Notes under the pieces: model-generated
The model's input: only the letters and a program-made list of their open reading frames with translations
Told to the model about the DNA's origin: nothing
The model's database searches: none
Program-made: the position numbers and the translations under genes
IMG/VR virus record: IMGVR_UViG_3300035208_008180
Origin: a virus
Taxonomy: Duplodnaviria > Caudoviricetes
Length of the DNA: 64,000 bases
Reading direction: 5' to 3' (one strand)
In this document: positions 8,982 to 17,616 of the stretch, one piece after another
Position numbering within the stretch: position 1 is the first letter of the stretch
Layout of the letters: every line of letters starts with the position of its first letter

Positions 8982-10393
8982 ATTGCCTCCAAAAATGACT
9001 TATCAAATTCCTTGGGAATGCCAAAATAAAACCTTTGGCAGGTTTTCTTTAAGTTTTTATACCATGCCGAACGGGATATATGCAAGATGTATTCAAAAAC
9101 ATACTTGTAATCCAAGTCCGTATTGGCCCTCCACCACACCTTAAAATCATCCTGTAAATTATCTTCTACTCCATCTATGGGCACAGTACGATTCGCACCA
9201 GGGCTTGAATTACGATTTACATCAAACTCGCAGTACCCAAAGTAGTCGGTTGATCCCTTGTTGGGATTGCCAGGGAAGTAGAATGATGGGCAGGGGTCTC
9301 TGTTTAACTCATAAACAAATGACCCCTTTTTTAAGAATGGATGCCTGAAATACCATCGATTTTCATTGCGATGCTGGATAGGCTTATAATTATCAATATC
9401 ACTTATGACATCTAAACTAAACCCTGGTAGTGTCTTGATTTCCTTTACATAATTGGCCACCACTTTTCGCTTATCTGCCTTGCCCAGGGACACCAGATGC
9501 AAATGTCCCTCATAGGTCAAATAATCCAACATGCTCCATGTTTCTGGATTTGCTGTAAACAAAAGACAAAGCCTCTGTTGAAAATGTTCTAATGGCTCAT
9601 CTTTAATCGAGAGGAAAATGGACTCACATGGCACGCTTCCGAGGTTGGTCTTTTTAAATATTTTTTGAAAAGGGATGTAATCCAGTTCATGGTAGAAATC
9701 AGCCACTTTTGCGAGCTTGCCATTGTGAAAATAATACTCACCGGGCTCTGTTCCTACCTCAAAAGAAACATACACCAAGTCTCTATTCACACCAGGAAAT
9801 TCCTTGGGTAAATCCCAAACACTAATCAGCGTTGCGTATTGCTTCAAGAACTTCTTGAAAGAAAGATAAGCCTTAGAATTATTGTCGAATATGGCTTTGG
9901 GCAGTATGTAATGGATGTAGCCCTTTTTCCCAGTAAGCAAAATAAGGTCTACGGTATGCACTAAAAAAATTACCGACTCTTCCCGCATATTGGTGATGCC
10001 ATATTTCTTCATCAAATTCTTGACAAAGGGCTTGCGTTCAGAGAGCGAATAGGCTGGGGAACGGAATGGCGGGTTGCCAATAAAGGTTACGCTGGTGCCG
10101 TCATCCGTAGGTGGGTCAATAAAATCATAGAAATTACCTGTCATTATAAATTCTTTGCCATGATATTGTTTAACAATATCTGAGTCTATTTCTATGCCCA
10201 AAATATCAGCATCTGGAAATTTCTTCTTGATTTTATCAACAAACACACCTACACCGCAACTCGGTTCAATTATGTATTCTGTCTTGATTTCTGTGCGAGC
10301 CAAACAAAAATCAGCTATTGAATCAGGTGTTGGAAATTGACCTAAAAGAATTTCTTTACTTGAAATATCTTTGTTTATTGAAGAATTAGCCAT
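8978..10393 (-). CDS. N6-adenine DNA methyltransferase (gamma class, Eco57I/TaqI-like)
   Basis: LGQFPTP, IEPSCGVGVF, GIEID, IGNPPF. Confidence 0.8.
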   Translation of the reverse strand: MANSSINKDISSKEILLGQFPTPDSIADFCLARTEIKTEYIIEPSCGVGVFVDKIKKKFPDADILGIEIDSDIVKQYHGKEFIMTGNFYDFIDPPTDDGTSVTFIGNPPFRSPAYSLSERKPFVKNLMKKYGITNMREESVIFLVHTVDLILLTGKKGYIHYILPKAIFDNNSKAYLSFKKFLKQYATLISVWDLPKEFPGVNRDLVYVSFEVGTEPGEYYFHNGKLAKVADFYHELDYIPFQKIFKKTNLGSVPCESIFLSIKDEPLEHFQQRLCLLFTANPETWSMLDYLTYEGHLHLVSLGKADKRKVVANYVKEIKTLPGFSLDVISDIDNYKPIQHRNENRWYFRHPFLKKGSFVYELNRDPCPSFYFPGNPNKGSTDYFGYCEFDVNRNSSPGANRTVPIDGVEDNLQDDFKVWWRANTDLDYKYVFEYILHISRSAWYKNLKKTCQRFYFGIPKEFDKSFLEAI

Positions 10394-10398
10394 AATAA

Positions 10399-10430
10399 AA
10401 CAGCCCTGTTAAACATTTCAACAAGGCTGT
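10399..10430 (-). terminator. terminator-like hairpin
   Basis: Minus strand ACAGCCTTGTT...AACAGGGCTGT followed by TTTATT. Confidence 0.55.
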
Positions 10431-10636
10431 CCCTAAGACGGGATAAGACGGGATAAGACGGGATAAGACGGTCACTGGGATTCGAACCCTTTAGCCCCAA
10501 TAGCAGACCGTTGTTTCCAAGATCATCGGCTTTTGCCAGTTGGTTCTCGGAACACCACTGAGTTTGTGGCTCAAGTTGGCCATTTAATAAATTTTAAAAC
10601 GTTAAATAAATATTGGGCTTTCGCCCTATTAGTATT
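10430..10636 (-). ncRNA. Candidate structured ncRNA or degenerate tRNA-like element
   Basis: GGGTTCGAATCCC T-loop motif, several hairpins (GGGC-GAAA-GCCC, TGAG/CTCA, GGC-AAAA-GCC, ACGGTC/GACCGT), upstream promoter and downstream terminator. Confidence 0.45.
10434..10473. repeat. 10-bp tandem repeat (TAAGACGGGA)x3 plus TAAGACGGTC
   Basis: Read directly from sequence. Confidence 0.95.
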
Positions 10637-10642
10637 AAATAT

Positions 10643-10671
10643 ATAATATCACATATAAATTACTTTGTCAA
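10643..10671 (-). promoter_or_regulatory. sigma70-like promoter TTGACA-N17-TATTAT
   Basis: Perfect -35, 17-nt spacer, TATTAT -10, pointing into the noncoding region. Confidence 0.7.
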
Positions 10672-10848
10672 CTTCTTTTTCTTTTTCTTTTTGAAAAAAT
10701 CATCTTCATCAGTGTTAAACATCTGCGGGAATTTTCTTTGTATCATTGGCAAAGAAGGTCTAGCAAAAACAGCTATGCAACTCGTGCCAGTTGCATTTTC
10801 TTTTATAATTTCTTTTTCAATCCAATTTTTAAAGTTTATAGAGAGCAT
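10660..10848 (-). CDS. small Lys-tailed protein with FxxW tag
   Basis: MLSINFKNWIEKE...FFKKKKKKKLTK. Confidence 0.55.
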   Translation of the reverse strand: MLSINFKNWIEKEIIKENATGTSCIAVFARPSLPMIQRKFPQMFNTDEDDFFKKKKKKKLTK

Positions 10849-11248
10849 ATCCAGGGGCTACCTCCGAAGTAGTTATGTTTACCGCCTGGAAAAATTTCTT
10901 ACTTGTTTTGTTCCACGGACACACACGCAAATATCTGCCTCTCCGATTGGCTATCTCTCTAGCCTTCTGCATCAATCGACTGCCATAGCCCTTTCTGCGA
11001 TACTGCCGCTTCACATAAACATAAGTGCGAAGACACTTGCTGTTTTTAGATAGTCGGAAATCACACATCGCCCAACCCAAGAGATTATTGCCAGAGTACA
11101 GAGCGATGGCTAAATAATCACCCTTCCTGGGGTCTGATTCATTGGCAGCCGCATGCATGTAATCCTCTTTGTCGTCAGGCGTTGCATCACGCAAATACCT
11201 GCGGCTTGCTGGATTGATGCGAGCGTAATCTTTAATCAACCATCTCAT
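10829..11248 (-). CDS. GNAT acetyltransferase
   Basis: VYVKRQYRRKGYGSRLM motif A; N..SKKFF motif B. Confidence 0.85.
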   Translation of the reverse strand: MRWLIKDYARINPASRRYLRDATPDDKEDYMHAAANESDPRKGDYLAIALYSGNNLLGWAMCDFRLSKNSKCLRTYVYVKRQYRRKGYGSRLMQKAREIANRRGRYLRVCPWNKTSKKFFQAVNITTSEVAPGYALYKL

Positions 11249-11538
11249 CTTCCTAAAACCCTCATTTTTTGAGCAATATACCACTTTCCACCTTGTCCAG
11301 CAGGCCGTTTGAATTCATAATAATCCTTGAACTCAACCTTATACCACAGCCTGCCCTTCATGGAAAGATGGGGACAAGGGGCACAAGCGATGTGCCAACC
11401 AGGACGAAATGAATACCCCTTAGTTGGGTACTCTTTGGCATCTATCCACTGACCTATGGGAATAATGGCTTTTCTATTAATGAAAAGAGAGCCAAGAGTG
11501 CCATTCTTACGCATTCGAAATAATTTATAGCCAATCAT
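11245..11538 (-). CDS. hypothetical phage protein
   Basis: MIGYKLFR...GYSFRPGWH...PHL; overlaps the GNAT start. Confidence 0.7.
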   Translation of the reverse strand: MIGYKLFRMRKNGTLGSLFINRKAIIPIGQWIDAKEYPTKGYSFRPGWHIACAPCPHLSMKGRLWYKVEFKDYYEFKRPAGQGGKWYIAQKMRVLGR

Positions 11539-11574
11539 ATTGTTGTTGTAATATAATTAGCCATAAATGTCAAG

Positions 11575-12117
11575 CTATTGTATAGGGGTTGCTTGAGGGA
11601 TGCCGCCTGGACCGGGTAGACTTCCAGGTATTCCACCACCGGCACCAGGACCAGTTGCCTTATCTTGGAACATGACTTTTTTGAACCAGTCATAATCAAC
11701 ATACTGCGGTATTCGTTTAGTGGCTCGGGCACCTTGGGGAACAATTTTCCACTTCATTCCTTGCCTGCCTGTTAAATCTCGTAGTCCTTTAGTTCCCGCT
11801 TTTGTAGTGGGCAAGAAATCAATTTTCATTCCCTTAATTTCTTCTCCGTCATTATCAACAGCTTTTACGGTAAAAGCTCGCAAGTTAGAAAGATTTCCGC
11901 CAGAGGGACCGATCCATGATCCAACGAACGTCTGCCCTCTTAGATCGTTAGGCTCAATACCTAATTCATAAGCTAAATTATTCCAGTCGGGCATTGGTTG
12001 GCCTCCACCCGGCATTCCTCCCGGCATTCCTCCCATAGGCGGTGCTCCTTGCATCCCTCCCATTCCAGGTGGCGGGGGTGGTCCTTGTTCCATAAATTGT
12101 CGAAAAGATAATGTCAT
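11575..12117 (-). CDS. Pro/Gly/Met-rich protein with FxxF tag
   Basis: True start likely MTLSFRQFMEQGPPPPPGMGG at 12117; the upstream part of the listed ORF is antisense to the 12137 gene. Confidence 0.7.
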   Translation of the reverse strand: MTLSFRQFMEQGPPPPPGMGGMQGAPPMGGMPGGMPGGGQPMPDWNNLAYELGIEPNDLRGQTFVGSWIGPSGGNLSNLRAFTVKAVDNDGEEIKGMKIDFLPTTKAGTKGLRDLTGRQGMKWKIVPQGARATKRIPQYVDYDWFKKVMFQDKATGPGAGGGIPGSLPGPGGIPQATPIQ

Positions 12118-12136
12118 TATAAAGATATATACCTCT
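12118..12136. promoter_or_regulatory. bidirectional TATATA box between divergent tagged genes
   Basis: 19-nt gap TATAAAGATATATACCTCT between head-to-head ATGs. Confidence 0.55.
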
Positions 12137-12574
12137 ATGAACACAACATTTGAACATTTTGTCGAAGAAAAAGCCCAAAACAACAAAGAGCAAATAAAAG
12201 CTATGTTAGGCTCCAATGATTTTGTTTTCTTCTTTGAAAAAAACAAAGAAATTTTTGGTGCCCCCGAAGAGAGCCGACTTATGTTTGCCCGCATGAAAAA
12301 CCCAGACCCCGAAGATAATGACTGGGTTAAAGAAGCTAATTTCAGCGGATTAAACCTCAATAGAGCCCTAAAGGGAGAGAAAACAGAAAGTCTATTTTCC
12401 CATACTGATTTGACCAAAATCAAAATATTGGACCAAGAAGAAGCATATGATAAATTGTCCAGATTAACTTCGGATACAGATAAGATAAAAACCGTTCTTT
12501 CTGACGATGATAATCCGCACCCAGAAGCTCCTGATGCGGCTCCAGGCATCCAACAATTAAAAGACAAAAAATGA
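12137..12574 (+). CDS. hypothetical protein with FxxF tag
   Basis: MNTTFEHFVEE; 145 aa. Confidence 0.75.
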   Translation: MNTTFEHFVEEKAQNNKEQIKAMLGSNDFVFFFEKNKEIFGAPEESRLMFARMKNPDPEDNDWVKEANFSGLNLNRALKGEKTESLFSHTDLTKIKILDQEEAYDKLSRLTSDTDKIKTVLSDDDNPHPEAPDAAPGIQQLKDKK

Positions 12575-13377
12575 ACTTTAGGCTATTTTTAGAGCGAGAA
12601 GAGGGTGCTATAGAATGGGATACATATTATCCCAAGTGGACTCCACGACAACTTGGCGATAGGGGCATGATATCCGCATACGTTTCTAATAAACATATCA
12701 GCATTGACCAAAGCCCCTATCATCCGATGTTGAAAAAAGCCCTAAGGATATTGCTGCGACAAAAGCCACATTTAGCAAACAAGCCCTTGGATTTTGATGG
12801 TTGGTCACCAGGAACATTACAACAATTCTTATATAGCTCAGAACCTATTGCCCCTAAAGATACACTCCCACAATTTATGTATCACGGCACATCCCTCCAT
12901 CGCTGGGAACACATTAAAGAAGATGGCTTAAAACCCCTAATTGCGAGTGGTGGAGAATATGGGGCAGAGCCAATGAGTGCTCCACTTACCAACCCTAATA
13001 ATGTTTACTTATCTGCAACTTTTGGAGCAGCTACCAGATTGGCCGCTTACGACGCTTCCAAAAAAGGAACAGGCGATGTTCCTGTTGTGTTGAAAATTAA
13101 CACCAAACAACTTGATCCTCAAAAAATCAGACCTGATGAAGAGTCTCGTGCTACAACATGGCAAAAAAGTCTGCATGGCTTAAACACTATCGCCTACGAA
13201 GGCGAGATACCACCACAATCCATAGAACTCTATAAAGCTTGGAATCAACAAACGGATAAGTGGGAAAACCCAGGACAGTGGCTAGAGCCAACTGATTTTA
13301 TAGCTCAACAAATGCTTCACAGGACAGGATATAAAGACATTCCCAACAGCACCGGCAAATATAAGTGGGCTAAATAG
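12571..13377 (+). CDS. ADP-ribosyltransferase-fold protein (YHGT; KptA/Tpt1 or PARP-like), tagged
   Basis: MNFRLFLE; MYHGTS...IKEDGLKP...VYLS...PVVLKIN...YEGEIPP. Confidence 0.6.
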   Translation: MNFRLFLEREEGAIEWDTYYPKWTPRQLGDRGMISAYVSNKHISIDQSPYHPMLKKALRILLRQKPHLANKPLDFDGWSPGTLQQFLYSSEPIAPKDTLPQFMYHGTSLHRWEHIKEDGLKPLIASGGEYGAEPMSAPLTNPNNVYLSATFGAATRLAAYDASKKGTGDVPVVLKINTKQLDPQKIRPDEESRATTWQKSLHGLNTIAYEGEIPPQSIELYKAWNQQTDKWENPGQWLEPTDFIAQQMLHRTGYKDIPNSTGKYKWAK

Positions 13378-13543
13378 CAAAAAACGCTATCGGCCCCAAA
13401 GCCAAACAAAGTAAAAAACAAAATAAAAAAGAAACCCATTCTGTCAAACTCTTCGGCACACCACATTGCCAACTCACTCTACAAAATTGCATAAATCCAA
13501 GTAACATCCATATCAACAACACAATTAAAAGAAAATATGCCAT
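13370..13543 (-). CDS. small two-TM membrane protein (57 aa)
   Basis: Translated by hand: MAYFLLIVLLIWMLLGFMQFC...FLFCFLLCLALGPIAFFAI; GGAGG RBS. Confidence 0.55.
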   Translation of the reverse strand: MAYFLLIVLLIWMLLGFMQFCRVSWQCGVPKSLTEWVSFLFCFLLCLALGPIAFFAI

Positions 13544-13572
13544 TTCGGCCTCCTTTTAATATATATATCAAT

Positions 13573-14229
13573 ATGACATTGCCATTTGAAAACAATAAAG
13601 ACGTAAGAAAGTACCAGTGTTTTGTCTGTGGAGTGCAGTTCTTAGAACTCAACGAAATGACAGAGCACATCAAAGAAAAACACCAAGAAGGCAGAGATTA
13701 TGTGCTTTGTCCTTTGCTCTATTGCAAATGTTGCGTTAGGGATTTAGTTCATCATTTTAAAGCACGTCACCCTTCTCAGCCCCTGCCCAAAAACAGACAA
13801 ATGAAAGCTATTGTATGGAAAGATTTTACCGCCCAAGGAACGGCAAAAAAGAAAAAACAAAGATTTAAAGAGGGTTGGTATGTTTCTACAAAAATGAATA
13901 AGCAATTTTATTTTAGAAGCGGTTGGGAAGAAACTGTATTCGAATGTCTGGACCAAATGAATGAAGTAGCCGCTTATGAAGCAGAGCCTTTTAAAGTTCC
14001 CTACATCTGGGAAGGCACTCAGCACGAATACAATCCCGACATTCTGGTGGTGTTTAATGATGGGCGTAAAGAGGTTTGGGAAATAAAACCATCAGATCAA
14101 ACCTCTTTACAACAAAATAAAAATAAATGGCATGCAGCTAATGAAATGTGTAAAGCTAGAGGATGGGAATTTATTGTAATGACAGAGAAGGGAATCAATC
14201 AATTAAAGAAAAGGGTTGGAAAGAAATGA
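13573..14229 (+). CDS. TnsA-like PD-(D/E)xK nuclease / T4 gp4-like head completion protein with N-terminal C2H2 zinc fingers
   Basis: FRSGWE, EPFKVPY, YNPD, EIKP, KWHAA...GWEFIVMTE; CFVC..H..H and CP..C..H..H. Confidence 0.75.
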   Translation: MTLPFENNKDVRKYQCFVCGVQFLELNEMTEHIKEKHQEGRDYVLCPLLYCKCCVRDLVHHFKARHPSQPLPKNRQMKAIVWKDFTAQGTAKKKKQRFKEGWYVSTKMNKQFYFRSGWEETVFECLDQMNEVAAYEAEPFKVPYIWEGTQHEYNPDILVVFNDGRKEVWEIKPSDQTSLQQNKNKWHAANEMCKARGWEFIVMTEKGINQLKKRVGKK

Positions 14230-14804
14230 CTTTTCGCATCTGGTTGGAACAGAATCGTCCACAAGTTGAGCCGAATTTTTCAATGCAAGTCTGGGATGCC
14301 TGCATTAAGCACGTTCCTGTTGGTACTACTATTTACCGAGGGTTTAGAATCCATAAAGATTTGCGAAAAATGACCATTCGACAAATTCTCTCACAATCTT
14401 TTAAAAGCAATGCAAAACCCTTCGATCCGTGGACTTTGGATTTTGCCGTAGCTCAAAGATTTGCTGCCGGGGCTCACAGCAATGCTGATGGAACATCAGG
14501 AAGAATGGAAGACACAGCCAGAGTAATTGTATCAGCTAAAATTGTCCAACATAGAAATGTAATAGATTTGAAACAATTTGGCGACAAAATAATGGGCCAC
14601 AACGTAAGCAAAGGCAGTGGCATTAACACCTATTGGCAACCTAGAATGATTGGCAAAGCAACAATCGATGATCGTGATGTGGAAAATGAAATACCCATTT
14701 TAAGAACCGCCTATGCTAACCCTCAACTATTTCCTTTAACTGGATATTGGACAGAAGAAAACGGACAATGGGTGCAAGGAAACAAACCAGCAGCCTTATC
14801 TTAA
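14226..14804 (+). CDS. R-S-E-type ADP-ribosyltransferase-like protein, tagged
   Basis: True start MTFRIWLE; IYRG, PWTLDFAVAQRFA, ENEI motifs. Confidence 0.55.
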   Translation: MTFRIWLEQNRPQVEPNFSMQVWDACIKHVPVGTTIYRGFRIHKDLRKMTIRQILSQSFKSNAKPFDPWTLDFAVAQRFAAGAHSNADGTSGRMEDTARVIVSAKIVQHRNVIDLKQFGDKIMGHNVSKGSGINTYWQPRMIGKATIDDRDVENEIPILRTAYANPQLFPLTGYWTEENGQWVQGNKPAALS

Positions 14805-15115
14805 AACCCATCAATAAAAATAACAGTCTCTACACCTTCTTTGCTTTCTAAATATACTGTATCTGGCTCTATTGTGTTATCTATCACAAGCTCCAATCGC
14901 CGTTCTCCAAATCCTGTTTCTAATTGCTCCTCAAAACTTGGCATACAATAAAAAGTAGAGGCAATATCACTGGTAGTTCTGAGTTTGGTGGTGCTGAAAC
15001 CACAACGCCCTTTGATGAAATAATGCAATGCATTAATTTTTTCAACTTCAGTGGCGGGTGGATGGTCAACAACTATATTAAAGTCATAAGTTAAAGCGTT
15101 CATGATCTTAGCCAT
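14801..15115 (-). CDS. hypothetical protein
   Basis: 104 aa ORF coupled to the CCA gene. Confidence 0.6.
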   Translation of the reverse strand: MAKIMNALTYDFNIVVDHPPATEVEKINALHYFIKGRCGFSTTKLRTTSDIASTFYCMPSFEEQLETGFGERRLELVIDNTIEPDTVYLESKEGVETVIFIDGF

Positions 15116-16317
15116 TCCCTAAATCCCATCTTACGCAACATTTCCTTGGTGTTATGTTGCATAATATGTTGCCCAATTTCTTTGCCTTGTAATTCGGCTG
15201 CCCCTGGAACTTCATCCCTGTTCATCAATTGGTGTGTTCGCAACTGTTGAATAGCACGAGTATCCAGACCATGCAACTGACTCCATGCTTCCAAATCCTC
15301 AGGTGACATATCCCGCTGCCCTTTTCTCAGACTCCACAAGAAGGCAGGATGCTCTTTTAGCTTATCTTGAATATTGGGCAAATGAAGCAAATTGACCAAA
15401 TACACCACATTGTCCACTTCATCATTAGTGTATTTTAATTGATTTAATTTTCTTCTGATCTTTTCCACATCATTGAGCCGCAACAGATGGGCAACCAATA
15501 TAACAGGATTCTTGGTCTCCACATAATCATGGCTGACCACTAACCCTGGAAATACATATTTTTGCAACAATCCTAATTGATGATAGAGACTTACATAACC
15601 CACAACTGATTTAGCAGATTTTAAACCCTTAATAAATTCGTCTCTGACCCGCTCGGGTGCCACAGCCACGCCATTATCGCTTGCCAGCCCATTATTGACT
15701 CGTTTTTCAATAGCCGCACGAGTTGCTTCATCAATGCCTCTGATGTCGCCATGATTTACACGGCAATAGAACCGCACATATCTTAAAACTCTCAGAGCAT
15801 CCTCGCCAAACCGTTGGTCGGGATCACCCACAGTTTTAACACGTCGCTCTTTCAAGTCTTGTAATCCGCCAACCAAATCAACCACTTCATGACTGTCTAA
15901 ATCATAATAAAGAGCGTTGATTGTTAAATCTCTTCTTTCGGCATCGTCTTGGATATGGGAAAATTTATCAGCTACTTGACGACTGCCAGAATCCTTGCGA
16001 AAAGTGGCAATTTCATAATCTTCATTACCAATTGAGGCTATAACCACCCCGAATTGATTTCCTACAGCACCTTTGGTATGGTTAATGCCACCAGCTTTAA
16101 GAATTTCCATTACTTCTGTGGGCTGTGCATTCGTGGCTAAATCGAAATCTTTGGGCTGTTTTCCCAATACTGCATCTCGTACTGCACCTCCCACCAAATA
16201 TAGATGTTTGCCCGATTTTTTAAATACTCTATGAATAACATGAATATCCTCTGGCAAATTGATTGACAGGTGCATTCGCACTTCTTTACTTTCTAAAAAT
16301 TGCATAAAACTAACCAT
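15100..16317 (-). CDS. cca: CCA-adding tRNA nucleotidyltransferase / poly(A) polymerase family, tagged
   Basis: LVGGAVRD, KDFDLAT, EIATFR, DAERRDLTINAL, EDALRVLR, ERVRDE; begins MVSFMQFLE. Confidence 0.9.
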   Translation of the reverse strand: MVSFMQFLESKEVRMHLSINLPEDIHVIHRVFKKSGKHLYLVGGAVRDAVLGKQPKDFDLATNAQPTEVMEILKAGGINHTKGAVGNQFGVVIASIGNEDYEIATFRKDSGSRQVADKFSHIQDDAERRDLTINALYYDLDSHEVVDLVGGLQDLKERRVKTVGDPDQRFGEDALRVLRYVRFYCRVNHGDIRGIDEATRAAIEKRVNNGLASDNGVAVAPERVRDEFIKGLKSAKSVVGYVSLYHQLGLLQKYVFPGLVVSHDYVETKNPVILVAHLLRLNDVEKIRRKLNQLKYTNDEVDNVVYLVNLLHLPNIQDKLKEHPAFLWSLRKGQRDMSPEDLEAWSQLHGLDTRAIQQLRTHQLMNRDEVPGAAELQGKEIGQHIMQHNTKEMLRKMGFREWLRS

Positions 16318-16336
16318 ACCTTATATATAATATAAA
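16318..16336. promoter_or_regulatory. bidirectional TATATA box between divergent tagged genes
   Basis: 19-nt gap ACCTTATATATAATATAAA. Confidence 0.55.
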
Positions 16337-16981
16337 ATGAACTTTAGAAATTGGATAGAGCACAAATGGTACGAATTTAAAGATACCGTGGAATTATATC
16401 ACGGCACCTCTAGTGCCTTGCTTCCAATTATTAAAACGAATGGATTGGTGCCACCTGATGAGTGTTTAGAGTCATATGCTATTAAAATAATCAAATCATA
16501 TGGAGTTGCCGCAAGCCCGCAATTAATGGAATGGATTCACAAATACGCAATTTCATCAAGAGCTAATGAACCAAACAACAAAATAGCTAACGTAATTTAT
16601 TTAACTCCCAAATTCGAGAATGCAAAAAACTACGCAAAATCCACCCATAAATTTGGGGGAGAAATGGCGGCTGACATTTGGCGAGCTATCAATGTAATTG
16701 AAAGCAAAAAAAGAGGTTTGCCAAAAATGCAGGAAATTATACCTCCCATTTACAAAGAATCTCATCCTGTAGTATTAGAAGTAGAAATCCCATCTAAATG
16801 GATGAATACATATCATGATTTAGCACAACGATATAAAGATGCATTAGACTACTGGGCAACCTTGAAATCTAAGCCAGATGTTCACGATTTTATGGAGAAA
16901 GAATTTGGTCGCTTTGAAATAAGAGTAGAAGAGACTATTCCTGCGTCAATGATAAGAAAAATTCACGCAATAATGTCCTGA
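16337..16981 (+). CDS. ADP-ribosyltransferase-fold protein (YHGT), tagged
   Basis: MNFRNWIE; LYHGTSS...IKTNGL...IYLT...AKNYA...PVVLEV...EIRV..TIP. Confidence 0.6.
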   Translation: MNFRNWIEHKWYEFKDTVELYHGTSSALLPIIKTNGLVPPDECLESYAIKIIKSYGVAASPQLMEWIHKYAISSRANEPNNKIANVIYLTPKFENAKNYAKSTHKFGGEMAADIWRAINVIESKKRGLPKMQEIIPPIYKESHPVVLEVEIPSKWMNTYHDLAQRYKDALDYWATLKSKPDVHDFMEKEFGRFEIRVEETIPASMIRKIHAIMS

Positions 16982-17613
16982 AATATCTTGTGATTCTCTG
17001 AATCTTTCCCTGGGATGGCAAACACTACGTTTTCAAACACTTTGTCAAATTCACCACCCTTCAAAAACACCTTAAATGTAGTAGCAATCATGGCGGGAGA
17101 ATTATTAAATATTCCACATCCCCATGCTCCAAGAATTAAATGTTTGTGGTTGTGAACAGCGGCAATTTCAAGAATGCGACGAATACGATTCACAATCAGC
17201 AAAGTGTCTTTTGGCTCGGGATTAACCACCGCTGGCATGGAAATTACAGCTACCGAATAAGGATCAACAGGGTCTAATTGCTTGTCTTTATTCACCACCA
17301 CATTAGAGCAATATATAGCATCTAGTCCATTGCGAGGAAGAGGATAGTATTTATGAATCTCAGGAATATCTAACAATTCTGGCAAATTGGAACGACGAAA
17401 AAGGTCTTCTTCTTGAGTGCGAATCGGCATACGCAAATTGCGAACTGATTCGTAGCCCCCACCAGGACGCTTATGAGAAGCAAAATTTAAACAACAAGCG
17501 TGGTCAAACTCAGCGGCTGTTGTGAATGTGTCATTATCAACAACTGAGAATTGTGTCTGCTCCACCACAGGAGATGGCACAAATGAGAACCCCTCTGAAT
17601 ATAATTGAATCAT
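16963..17613 (-). CDS. Microbial PARG-type macrodomain (TIGR02452-like) ADP-ribose glycohydrolase
   Basis: LNFAS..PGGG...QEEDLFRRS and LILGAWGCGIFNN...F..VVFAI. Confidence 0.85.
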   Translation of the reverse strand: MIQLYSEGFSFVPSPVVEQTQFSVVDNDTFTTAAEFDHACCLNFASHKRPGGGYESVRNLRMPIRTQEEDLFRRSNLPELLDIPEIHKYYPLPRNGLDAIYCSNVVVNKDKQLDPVDPYSVAVISMPAVVNPEPKDTLLIVNRIRRILEIAAVHNHKHLILGAWGCGIFNNSPAMIATTFKVFLKGGEFDKVFENVVFAIPGKDSENHKIFQDIIA

Positions 17614-17616
17614 AAT

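Noticed and set aside
10434-10473. Short direct repeats as a CRISPR array
   Set aside because: 10-bp units are contiguous with no spacers, and there are no cas genes in the window.
10466-10560. Canonical tRNA gene
   Set aside because: A T-loop motif is present, but I could not build a 5-bp T-stem, D-arm or anticodon arm; kept only as a tRNA-like candidate.
12118-12567. N-terminal 150 aa of listed ORF 11575..12567 as a real overlapping gene
   Set aside because: It is the antisense shadow of gene 12137..12574; the tagged start at 12117 explains the real gene.
13537-14229. Tn7 TnsA transposon
   Set aside because: No TnsB/TnsC nearby; context fits a phage gp4-like nuclease.
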